From: an uncultured Candidatus Saccharibacteria bacterium
GTDB lineage: Bacteria; Patescibacteriota; Minisyncoccia; Minisyncoccales; DG-74-3
Length of the DNA: 49,333 bases
Assembly: GCA_964504075.1 (NCBI GenBank)
Contig: CAZDCT010000001.1
Location: 1,333 to 50,665 of the forward strand
Reading direction: 5' to 3'
The position numbers and the translations under genes are program-made. The first letter of the stretch is position 1. Each line of letters opens with the position of its first letter. Below the pieces are notes generated by a model. The model was not told the origin of the DNA. It saw nothing but the letters and a program-made list of their open reading frames with translations, and ran no database searches. Shown here piece by piece: positions 1 to 7,717 of this stretch.

Positions 1-1181
1 TGTTTGATAAAGCAGAGCCAATAGATCTTTTATCTTTATCTAATCGGCTTCGAGAAAAAGAAAACTTTGATGAAGTTGGTGGCAATACTTATTTAACAGA
101 GTTGGTTAATTCAGTTCCTACTGCCCGTCATGTTTTAAATTATTCCAAGATCGTTCAAAGAAAAAGGATTTTAAGAGACTTAATTTCAGCTTCTCATGAT
201 ATTGGTATTTTGGGTTACAATGAGTCTGAAGACATAGATGTTCTTTTAGATAAAGCTGAGAACACAATTTTTAGTATTGCTCAGAGAAATCTTTCTCAGA
301 ATTTCTTACCAGTAAAAGCGTCTTTGGAAGATGCTTTTGAAAGAATTGATAGATTGTCTAAACACAAGGGAGACCTTCGAGGCCTATCAACTGGTTTTAC
401 TGGATTAGATAATATATTAGGTGGGTTTCAAAAGTCTGATATGATAATTTTGGCTTCAAGACCTTCAATGGGAAAAAGCAGTTTAGCTTTGAACATCGCT
501 TCTTATGCAGCAATTTCACACAATATTCCAGTAGGAATATTTTCTTTAGAAATGTCTAGAGATCAAGTAATAGATAGATTGATTGCTACTCAAGCAAATG
601 TTGATTTATGGAGATTAAGAACCGGCAAATTATCTGGAGAAGGAGAAGATGATGATTTTTCCAGAATTCGTCAATCTTTGGACATATTAGACAAAGCTCC
701 AATTTATCTTGACGATACTCCCTCTTTAAATATTTTACAAATGAGAGCAATGGCCAGAAGATTACAGGCTCAAAAGGATTTGGGACTTATAGTTGTTGAT
801 TATTTACAATTAATGCAACCAAGGAATGCTAGTGATTCAGCAGTTAGACAGGTGACCGAAACCTCTCGTTCTCTTAAGGTTTTAGCCAGGGAGCTTAATA
901 TTCCTGTTTTAGCCATTTCTCAATTATCCCGAGCAGTTGAGCAAAGGTCTCCTCAGATTCCTCGTTTGGCTGATCTTCGTGAAAGCGGAAGTTTAGAACA
1001 GGATGCGGACGTAGTTTTATTTATCTATAGGGAGGATAGATATCAGCCAGAAACTGCCAGAAAAAATATTGCTGATATTATTGTAGCCAAACACAGGAAT
1101 GGTCCTGTAGGAAAAGTTGAATTATATTTTGATGATAGCAGAGTAACGTTTCGCAATTTAGAAAAAAGACTTGAAGAATAA
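1..1181 (+). CDS. dnaB: Replicative DNA helicase DnaB, C-terminal ATPase part (5' end cut by window edge)
   Basis: The frame is open from base 3 (FDKAEPIDLLSLSNRL...), so the listed start at 102 is internal. Walker A SRPSMGKSS, Walker B LIVVDYLQLM, SQLSRAVEQR and DADVVLFIYRED are typical of DnaB. Confidence 0.9.
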   Translation, partial: FDKAEPIDLLSLSNRLREKENFDEVGGNTYLTELVNSVPTARHVLNYSKIVQRKRILRDLISASHDIGILGYNESEDIDVLLDKAENTIFSIAQRNLSQNFLPVKASLEDAFERIDRLSKHKGDLRGLSTGFTGLDNILGGFQKSDMIILASRPSMGKSSLALNIASYAAISHNIPVGIFSLEMSRDQVIDRLIATQANVDLWRLRTGKLSGEGEDDDFSRIRQSLDILDKAPIYLDDTPSLNILQMRAMARRLQAQKDLGLIVVDYLQLMQPRNASDSAVRQVTETSRSLKVLARELNIPVLAISQLSRAVEQRSPQIPRLADLRESGSLEQDADVVLFIYREDRYQPETARKNIADIIVAKHRNGPVGKVELYFDDSRVTFRNLEKRLEE

Positions 1182-1777
1182 TGTACACTTCTTCTATTAA
1201 AAAACTGATTAAATTATTTTCTAAGTTTCCAACAGTCGGGCCAAGAACTTCAGCTCGATTTGTTTTTTATTTAATGAGAAAGAACAATCAAGAGATAGAA
1301 GAATTAATACAGGCAATTCAAAATATTAAAAAAGAAGTAAAAACATGCTTTTGGTGCTTTAATCCTTTTGAGGGCAAGGGTGAACTTTGTGAGATTTGTC
1401 AAAATCAGGGTCGTGATCAAAGCATATTATGTATTATTGAAAACGAAACTGATTTAGCTTCTATTGAAAAAACAAAACAATACAAAGGCCTTTATTTTAT
1501 TTTAGGAGGCGCAGTTTCAGCTTTAAGAAAACAAGATATTAAGAAATTAAGAATCAAGGAATTAGAACAAAGGATTAAAGATCATTCTGAAATCAAAGAA
1601 ATCATTCTTGCTATTAATCCTACGGTTGATGGTGAAGCTACTACTTTATATTTAGAAAGAATTTTAAAACCTTTTAACAAGAAGATTACTCGTTTGGGAA
1701 GAGGACTGCCCAGAGGAGGAGAATTAGAATATGCTGATGAGCAAACCTTGAAAGACGCACTGGATAGGAGAAAATAA
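1181..1777 (+). CDS. recR: Recombination protein RecR
   Basis: N-terminal HhH (FPTVGPRTSARFVFYL), C4 zinc finger (CFWC...CEIC), Toprim-like core (LCIIENETD). The ATG overlaps the dnaB stop (TAATG). Confidence 0.9.
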   Translation: MYTSSIKKLIKLFSKFPTVGPRTSARFVFYLMRKNNQEIEELIQAIQNIKKEVKTCFWCFNPFEGKGELCEICQNQGRDQSILCIIENETDLASIEKTKQYKGLYFILGGAVSALRKQDIKKLRIKELEQRIKDHSEIKEIILAINPTVDGEATTLYLERILKPFNKKITRLGRGLPRGGELEYADEQTLKDALDRRK

Positions 1778-1790
1778 TTGTTAACAAGCC

Positions 1791-1818
1791 AAAAACAGCC
1801 ATTATGGCTGTTTTTGAT
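1791..1818. terminator. Bidirectional intrinsic terminator between convergent recR and ORF 1875..2198
   Basis: AAAAACAGCC-ATTAT-GGCTGTTTTT hairpin with an A-run on one side and a T-run on the other. Confidence 0.7.
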
Positions 1819-1874
1819 TAATTTCTTTCTCCTTTTTCCAACTAACAATAATTTAATTATTAGCTCGAAAAAAT

Positions 1875-2198
1875 TCAGGAGGCTATAGAATTGGTTGCTG
1901 CTTCTAGCGGCGTTTCTGGTGGCAGGAATAATGGTATTTTGCGCATTATAGCTTGCTTTCCTTCAACACAGAAGCTAATCCTTCTCTTATTGGTAAGAGA
2001 TACGATGATCAGGTTTCCGCTATGAGTCGGTGGGCAAAAGCCTGCGATATCTATAATTTCTTTTTTTGAAGCAGAAAGGCTTTTCCTAACTAACTCTTTT
2101 GTTAAGCCTCCTTTTACTTTGAAAAGATCTTTCAGTTGTTCGAATGGGCAGTTAAAAAAATACGCAATTGCATTCTTTTCTGTCTTATCGAATTCCAT
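1875..2198 (-). CDS. Hypothetical protein (107 aa), no recognisable domain
   Basis: Intact ORF with its own consensus promoter immediately upstream. Visibly GC-richer than neighbours. Confidence 0.5.
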   Translation of the reverse strand: MEFDKTEKNAIAYFFNCPFEQLKDLFKVKGGLTKELVRKSLSASKKEIIDIAGFCPPTHSGNLIIVSLTNKRRISFCVEGKQAIMRKIPLFLPPETPLEAATNSIAS

Positions 2199-2207
2199 TG
2201 TATTAAT

Positions 2208-2250
2208 ATTATATACCTAAATAAAAAATTTGTCAAGGGGTTTGACAAAT
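2208..2250 (-). promoter_or_regulatory. Composite terminator/promoter: hairpin whose 3' arm carries the -35 of a TTGACA-17-TATAAT promoter
   Basis: Minus strand reads AUUUGUCAA-ACCCC-UUGACAAAU followed by UUUUUUAU, which is a terminator for ORF 2277..2522. The same TTGACA (2236..2231), a 17-nt spacer and TATAAT (2213..2208) lie 9 nt before ATG 2198. Confidence 0.6.
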
Positions 2251-2276
2251 ATTTAAAAAAGGTGGGGTGATGATAA

Positions 2277-2522
2277 TTACTGCTTAAGCACAATAGCTTT
2301 CCATGCATTGTGGTATAGCCAATAGGAGTACAGTAAACCCATCATTGAAAGTACAATAGCAAATTGACTCATTGTTATTGAAAGATCAGGGTTTGGAAAT
2401 ATAAACATGAAAACAAGTGCAGCGCAAAAAGATATTATCATCAGGGCAATCATTATATAAGCTATGGCCCATCCCCACCGTTGGTCTTGAGGTATCATTT
2501 CATACCTTGTCGTTGCTTTCAT
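2277..2522 (-). CDS. Hypothetical small membrane protein (81 aa, two predicted TM helices)
   Basis: Two hydrophobic stretches (WAIAYIMIALMIISFCAALVFMFIF; FAIVLSMMGLLYSYWLY). SD AAGGTGA lies 4 nt before the ATG. Has its own promoter. Confidence 0.5.
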   Translation of the reverse strand: MKATTRYEMIPQDQRWGWAIAYIMIALMIISFCAALVFMFIFPNPDLSITMSQFAIVLSMMGLLYSYWLYHNAWKAIVLKQ

Positions 2523-2547
2523 TCTTTCACCTTTTAGTAACTATTTT

Positions 2548-2576
2548 ATTTTAAAGATAAACAACAAATTTGTCAA
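2548..2576 (-). promoter_or_regulatory. Sigma70-type promoter for ORF 2277..2522
   Basis: Minus strand TTGACA (2576..2571), 17-nt spacer, TAAAAT (2553..2548). Confidence 0.55.
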
Positions 2577-2626
2577 CAACAGAGCCCCAGCTCTTTGAGT
2601 ACAGAGCTCTCTGAGGAAATAATATC
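2571..2626 (-). repeat. Copy A of a ~55-nt intergenic element shared with the thrS leader
   Basis: In minus-strand sense GATATTATT..CAGAG..CTG..TACTCAAAGAGCT..GCTCT..TTGACA. Shares an exact 16-mer (AGCTCTTTGAGTACAG) and flanking blocks with 44892..44958. Confidence 0.55.
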
Positions 2627-2628
2627 AA

Positions 2629-2949
2629 TTACTCGTTACTAGATACTATTTTCAAAATTTCAACCTCGCTAAATGGTTGACGGTGGCTTTTCTTAGTTTT
2701 GTGACGAGTTTTTGATTTATACTTAAAAACAATTATTTTTTTAGCTCTATCTTGTTTTAATATTTTTCCAATTACTTTTACATCTTTAACCAAAGGATTC
2801 CCAATCTCTATTTTCTTGTTTTTTTCTAAAAGCAAAACCTGAGGAAAAGTTATTTCTTTACCCTCTTCAATATTAAGCTTTTCAACTTTAATTTTGTCTC
2901 CTGGGGATACAATATATTGTTTTCCCCCTGTTTTTATTACAGCTAACAT
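2629..2949 (-). CDS. rplU: 50S ribosomal protein L21
   Basis: MLAVIKTGGKQYIVSPGDKIKVEKL... is the canonical L21 N-terminus. Basic C-terminal part. Confidence 0.9.
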   Translation of the reverse strand: MLAVIKTGGKQYIVSPGDKIKVEKLNIEEGKEITFPQVLLLEKNKKIEIGNPLVKDVKVIGKILKQDRAKKIIVFKYKSKTRHKTKKSHRQPFSEVEILKIVSSNE

Positions 2950-2950
2950 A

Positions 2951-3940
2951 TTATTCTAAATGATTTGGTTTATTTAATTGTAATGGTTCAACTGTTTTTT
3001 CTTTCTCAATTAACTTAGTTATATCTTTATCTATTTTACCAAACTCTTTATAAGCTTGATTATAAGTATTTACAGTTGTGCCTAAATGATTACCTAACTT
3101 TTTCAAAAAAGTATCATAATTTACTAAATGTTTTTGCAAAGTTTCTACTTTTTTAATGATTTTTTCAGTAGACTTTTCAATTTGTAAAGCTTTTAATCCT
3201 TGAAGCACTGTTTGAAGATAAGCGTAAAAAGAAGTTGGTGAAACAATGATTACATGTTTTTCCTTAAAAGCATATTCAATTAAATCATAAGTAGTGCTTT
3301 TAATTCCTCCTACCTGATTGATTAATAAATCATAATAAATGCCTTCTGAGGGAATAAACATAAAAGCAAAATCCATTGTTCCTTCTTCTGGTTTAATATA
3401 TTTTGCTGTTTCTTCAATTCTTGTTTTCAAATCGTTTTTAAAAAGCTTTTCTAATTTCTGTCTTTTTTGTGAATCTTTTTCTTCTATAATCTTATTATAG
3501 TTTTCTAAAGAAAACTTAGCATCAATTGGAATAATTTTTTCTTTAACAAAAATGACTGCATCAGCAATTATTCCATCTTTGAACTGATATTGGCATTGAT
3601 ATTGATTAGGCTGGAATATGTTCTTTAATAAAGTTTCTAAAAGGTACTCTCCTAAAATTCCTCTTTGTTTTGGGTTAGCTAAAACATCTGTTAATTTGCT
3701 TACCTCAGCTTTAAGCTCTACAACGCGTTGATGATCAGAATGAATCTTTTCCAATTCAGAAGTTACATCTTTAATTAATTTGCCGCTTTCTCTAATTTGT
3801 TTTTCTAAAAAATCAATATTCTTTTCTCTAGAATCTTTAATTTCTTCTCTAATACTTTTCAAATTAAGAAAGAAAATCACAATCCCAGCCCCAGCTGTTA
3901 CAATAAAAAATACTATTAAAATTAAAGTAAGGCCATCCAT
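2951..3940 (-). CDS. rmuC: DNA recombination protein RmuC
   Basis: N-terminal TM helix, long coiled coil, C-terminal RmuC nuclease-like block (IIPIDAKFSLENY, FAFMFIPSEGIYYDL). Confidence 0.85.
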   Translation of the reverse strand: MDGLTLILIVFFIVTAGAGIVIFFLNLKSIREEIKDSREKNIDFLEKQIRESGKLIKDVTSELEKIHSDHQRVVELKAEVSKLTDVLANPKQRGILGEYLLETLLKNIFQPNQYQCQYQFKDGIIADAVIFVKEKIIPIDAKFSLENYNKIIEEKDSQKRQKLEKLFKNDLKTRIEETAKYIKPEEGTMDFAFMFIPSEGIYYDLLINQVGGIKSTTYDLIEYAFKEKHVIIVSPTSFYAYLQTVLQGLKALQIEKSTEKIIKKVETLQKHLVNYDTFLKKLGNHLGTTVNTYNQAYKEFGKIDKDITKLIEKEKTVEPLQLNKPNHLE

Positions 3941-3969
3941 TTGATATCAAGAATATTAACAAATTTAAA

Positions 3970-4920
3970 CTATTTAGTCAACTGACAAGTAACAAAAAGA
4001 ATATAGATTAAAAATAAAATAGATCCTTCTTTCTTAGTAATTTCACGCTCAGTTTTAATAAAATAAAGAAAGAATAAAGAAGAAATTATAAGGAAGAACC
4101 GAGCAATAGTAAATGGAGTAAAATTGGTTATTTTGATTGGAGAAATTAAAGCCACTATCCCTAAGACCAAAGTAGACGGTACTATCACAGCACCCATTAA
4201 GTCGCCCAAAACCATCCAATTTTGATCTGATCGAGCAGAAGTAATAGCAAAGTATATCTCTGGCAAAGAATTTCCCAAAGCAACAACTAAAATACCAATT
4301 AATCCTAAAGACAGGTTTAGCTTTTCAGCCAGAAAAATGGCTGTACGAATTATTCCTTCAGCAGCTAATAAAAGAAGTATCAATCCCAAAATCACTCTTG
4401 CCAAATCCTTGATAAAAATTTTAAAACCCTTAATAGCTGAAACCTTGCGACCATTATAAACCTTAGTAAACCTTTCTTTTTTTGAAAAAAGCCAGACAAC
4501 ATAAAGAACAAAGATTCCTATGAGTAAGATACCATCTTCCCTACCCAGAACTCCATCTGAAATTAATAATAATGGCAAGAGAGCTGCACAAACAGTAAAA
4601 AGAGAGCTGGACTGAACCATTTTGCTCTTAGCTGGAAGTTTTTTGCCCAAAAAGGTGACCAAAGATATAGCTATAGTTAAATCCACTATATTGCCTCCAA
4701 CAACATCAGCAAAAGAAAGTTCAGGAATTCCATGCAAGATTGAAGAAAAGCCAAGGAAAAGATTGGGAAGAGAACCAGCAAAAGCCATTACAAAAAAAGC
4801 GACCACAAACTCACGCCAACCCAAAAATACAGCTATTTTAGTTAAACTAGAAATTAATAATTTCGCAGCAAAAGAAAGAGCAAGACAAGACATAAGAAAG
4901 ATTGAGATATATAGAATCAT
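3970..4920 (-). CDS. Ca2+/Na+ antiporter (CaCA family, YrbG-like)
   Basis: About 10 TM segments with two alpha-repeat-like blocks (GNSLPEIYFAITSA and GSLPNLF/VVGGNIVDL). Overlaps the upstream ATPase stop by 4 nt. Confidence 0.8.
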   Translation of the reverse strand: MILYISIFLMSCLALSFAAKLLISSLTKIAVFLGWREFVVAFFVMAFAGSLPNLFLGFSSILHGIPELSFADVVGGNIVDLTIAISLVTFLGKKLPAKSKMVQSSSLFTVCAALLPLLLISDGVLGREDGILLIGIFVLYVVWLFSKKERFTKVYNGRKVSAIKGFKIFIKDLARVILGLILLLLAAEGIIRTAIFLAEKLNLSLGLIGILVVALGNSLPEIYFAITSARSDQNWMVLGDLMGAVIVPSTLVLGIVALISPIKITNFTPFTIARFFLIISSLFFLYFIKTEREITKKEGSILFLIYILFVTCQLTK

Positions 4921-7556
4921 ATAGCTTGTTTTTTAATAATAAAATGATGTTTGGTAATTTCGATTAAAATAAGTTCTGCTAAGCCTAAACCGATAATAAT
5001 AGACCACTCATAAGACCCAAGGGCAACGGTTTTTAATAAGGCTTGAAAGGGTGGTAAATAGATTGCAAAAACAAGCATTAATATTCCAACAAGAACAGAT
5101 ATGTTTAAAAATTTATTTGAAAAAATGTTCATCTGCCAAAGGTTTTTTCTTAAGCTTTTGCAAGCAAAAACAAATAAAAGAGAATCTACAGCTAGAGCTG
5201 CAAAGACCATAGTTCTTACGTATATAATGTCTTGAGTTTTTTGCCAGAACCACCAGAATAAACCCAAAAGTATTAAATCGCTTATAATGCCAATAATGAA
5301 AATAATTGTTTTCATTTCCTGAGTTAATAATGGCGCATTGCGTTTTCTTGGAGGTTTTAGCATAATGTCTTTCTCTTTTGGCTCAAAAGCCAAAGCAATA
5401 TCTGGTAACCCATCTTCAATCAAATTAACCCACAAAATCTGAGCAGCGCTAACTGGTAAAGGTAATCCCAGCATAATACCTCCACCAATTAAAATAGTTT
5501 CAGTAAAAGAATCAGTAAGCAGATAAGTGATAATTTTACGAATGTTGTCTAATATCTTTCTTCCTTCTTCAACAGCATTAACAATAATAGAAAAATTATC
5601 ATTTAAAAGGACTAAATCAGCAATTTCTTTAGCAACATCAGTTCCTGAACCCAGGACCATTCCAATATCTGCTTTTTTTAAAGCAGGAGCATCATTGACA
5701 CCGTCGCCTGTCATGGCCACCACGTCTCCTCTGTTTTGCCAATTTTCCACTATTCTCATTTTATGTTTTGGCTCTACTCTGGCATAAATAGAGATGTGCT
5801 TAATTATCTTTTGAAACTGTTCGTCTGAAAGACTATCCAAATCTTTTCCCTCTATGATGTTTTCTTTTTTTACAGGTAAACCAATTTCTTTAGCCACTGC
5901 CTTGGCTGTTAATTTGTGGTCTCCAGTAACAATAATTATTCTGATGCCTGCACGTTTGCATATTCTAATTGATTTTTTAACCTCTTTTCTCAAAGGATCT
6001 TTCAGGCCAATTAGACCAGTAAAAACCAAATCTTGACATGTCTTTTCTATTATTTCTTCTTTTGAAAGATTATTAATTTCTTTATAAGCAGTAGCAACAA
6101 CTCTTTGTCCTTTGCCAGTAAGCTCGTTTAATTTTTCTTTTATTTTTTCACTTCTCAATTCAGTCAATCCTTTCTTATCCTTATTAACTTCTATATACTT
6201 TGAAAGTTCTAATATTTTTTCTGGTGCCCCGCAAACAAATAAAATTCCTTGTTTTTCATTAATTTTATATAAATTAGCAAGATATTTATGAATCGGATCA
6301 AAGGGCATTTCTTGAATCTTTTCAAGCCCTTCTTGTTCTTTTTTTATATTCACACCAAACTCAATTGCACCTAAAAGCAGTGCTTTATCAGTTGGCCTTC
6401 CTCGTACAACCCAATCTTTTTTAGGTTCTTTAGGATTTTCAATAAAAGCTTCATTACACAAAGCAACTATTTTGAGAACTGATAAAGGATTATTTTTTTC
6501 ATTTTCTATTATATGGCCTCCGCTTAAAACTTGAGCCACTTTCATTTTACCTTCGGTTAAAGTACCTGTTTTATCTGTGGCAATTATAGATGTGCTTCCT
6601 AGGGTTTCAGCTGAGGCTAATTTTCTGACCAAACCTTGTTTTTTTAAGATTTTTTGCATACCTAAAGCCAAAACAACTGTTATGCAAACAGGTAATCCTT
6701 CAGGAATAGCAGCTACAGCCACTGCTATAGAGATAATAAACATTTCGTTGAAATCCCTACCCTTAATAATTCCTTCAGCAAAAATAAAAAGACAGATAAA
6801 AACAATGATGAAACCAATGACTTTTGAGAAATGGGCTACTTTTTCTTGATAGGGAGTTTGTTCTTCTTTTGTTTCTTTTACCATTTGGGTAATTTTTCCG
6901 ATTTCTGTCTGAATTCCTGTTTCTGTAATAACGATTTTTGCTTTTCCATCTTCAACCACTGTTCCCATATAAACCATATTGTCTCTATCAGCTAATGATG
7001 TTTTTTCTGAAAGAGTAGCAACAGTTTTATTGGCAGGTAGCCACTCTCCTGTTAGGGTCATTTCATTAATTTTAAGATTATATGATTCAATAATTCTACC
7101 ATCTGCTGGAACTTTATCTCCGGGATGCAAAATAACTATATCTCCTGGCGTTAATTCTTCAGAATTAATCAGTTTAAAATTTCCATCTCTTAAGACCTGG
7201 GCAAAAGACTTAGCTATTTTTTTGAGCTCTCTTAGTGCTTGTGATGCTTTGTTTTCTTGAAAAAAACCAACAAAAACATTAACAATAGCTGCTCCAAAAA
7301 TAATGATTGAGTCCCCATATTCTTTTAAAAATAAAGTAACAAACCCTGCAATTAAAAGAATATAAATCAAAGGGCTTTTGAATTGCCTTAAAAAAATTTT
7401 AATCCCAGAGAAAGTTATTTCCTCAGGAAGTGAATTCTTGCCGAATTCTTTCTGACGTATACTGATTTCTTCTTGACTCAGTCCTTTCTTGAGATTTGTT
7501 TTTAAGATTCTAATTACCTCTTTGGTTGATAAATTGTGCCAAAAAATTCCAGCCAT
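4917..7556 (-). CDS. P-type ATPase, Ca2+-transporting (P2-type)
   Basis: DKTGTLT phosphorylation motif, TGES-equivalent LTGEW, MTGDGVNDAPALKKADIG hinge, PEGLP in M4, N-terminal cation-ATPase domain. Confidence 0.9.
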   Translation of the reverse strand: MAGIFWHNLSTKEVIRILKTNLKKGLSQEEISIRQKEFGKNSLPEEITFSGIKIFLRQFKSPLIYILLIAGFVTLFLKEYGDSIIIFGAAIVNVFVGFFQENKASQALRELKKIAKSFAQVLRDGNFKLINSEELTPGDIVILHPGDKVPADGRIIESYNLKINEMTLTGEWLPANKTVATLSEKTSLADRDNMVYMGTVVEDGKAKIVITETGIQTEIGKITQMVKETKEEQTPYQEKVAHFSKVIGFIIVFICLFIFAEGIIKGRDFNEMFIISIAVAVAAIPEGLPVCITVVLALGMQKILKKQGLVRKLASAETLGSTSIIATDKTGTLTEGKMKVAQVLSGGHIIENEKNNPLSVLKIVALCNEAFIENPKEPKKDWVVRGRPTDKALLLGAIEFGVNIKKEQEGLEKIQEMPFDPIHKYLANLYKINEKQGILFVCGAPEKILELSKYIEVNKDKKGLTELRSEKIKEKLNELTGKGQRVVATAYKEINNLSKEEIIEKTCQDLVFTGLIGLKDPLRKEVKKSIRICKRAGIRIIIVTGDHKLTAKAVAKEIGLPVKKENIIEGKDLDSLSDEQFQKIIKHISIYARVEPKHKMRIVENWQNRGDVVAMTGDGVNDAPALKKADIGMVLGSGTDVAKEIADLVLLNDNFSIIVNAVEEGRKILDNIRKIITYLLTDSFTETILIGGGIMLGLPLPVSAAQILWVNLIEDGLPDIALAFEPKEKDIMLKPPRKRNAPLLTQEMKTIIFIIGIISDLILLGLFWWFWQKTQDIIYVRTMVFAALAVDSLLFVFACKSLRKNLWQMNIFSNKFLNISVLVGILMLVFAIYLPPFQALLKTVALGSYEWSIIIGLGLAELILIEITKHHFIIKKQAI

Positions 7557-7562
7557 TTATGC

Positions 7563-7591
7563 ATTATACACGAAAAAGAACTTCGTTTGAA
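7563..7591 (-). promoter_or_regulatory. Promoter of the P-type ATPase with -10 only 6 nt from the ATG (leaderless candidate)
   Basis: Minus strand TTCAAA (7591..7586), 17 nt, TATAAT (7568..7563), GCATAA, ATG (7556). No SD. Confidence 0.55.
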
Positions 7592-7598
7592 GTTCTTT
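7571..7598 (-). terminator. Intrinsic terminator downstream of tRNA-Glu
   Basis: AAAGAACUUC-AAAC-GAAGUUCUUU followed by UUCG on the minus strand. Confidence 0.6.
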
Positions 7599-7603
7599 GC
7601 GTG

Positions 7604-7676
7604 TGGCCCCAACGGGAATCGAACCCGTGTTCCCAGCTTGAGAAGCTGATGTCCTTGGCCACTAGACGATGGGGCC
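7604..7676 (-). tRNA. tRNA-Glu (anticodon CUC)
   Basis: The reverse complement folds as a cloverleaf. Acceptor GGCCCCA/UGGGGCC, anticodon stem UCAGC/GCUGG, loop UUCUCAA, T-arm ACGGG-UUCGAUU-CCCGU. CCA is not encoded. Confidence 0.85.
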
Positions 7677-7717
7677 CTTTTTACATGCTATCAGATTAAT
7701 ATCTTTTTTCAATAATA

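Noticed and set aside
2243-2290. Plus-strand TTGACA at 2243-2248 with a mini-ORF (ATG ATA ATT ACT GCT TAA) behind AGGTGG.
   Set aside because: No -10 lies at a workable spacing (the nearest, GATAAT, is 23 nt away). The TTGACA is simply the right arm of the terminator palindrome. The 5-codon ORF overlaps the stop of the minus-strand gene and is most likely fortuitous.
4622-7260. Several 60-100-aa plus-strand ORFs (4622..4924, 5527..5787, 5854..6036, 6577..6849, 6979..7260).
   Set aside because: All lie antisense within the CaCA and P-type ATPase genes, have no start signals and are low complexity. They are typical shadow ORFs. The same applies to 1582..1848, 9662..9907, 13434..13706, 14113..14304, 17081..17287, 17837..18031, 22691..22888, 23210..23476, 26363..27007, 28320..28523, 28656..28859, 31945..32238, 34867..35142, 39585..39779, 39964..40233, 40604..40795, 45608..45805, 45968..46171, 47249..47945 and 48964..49161.
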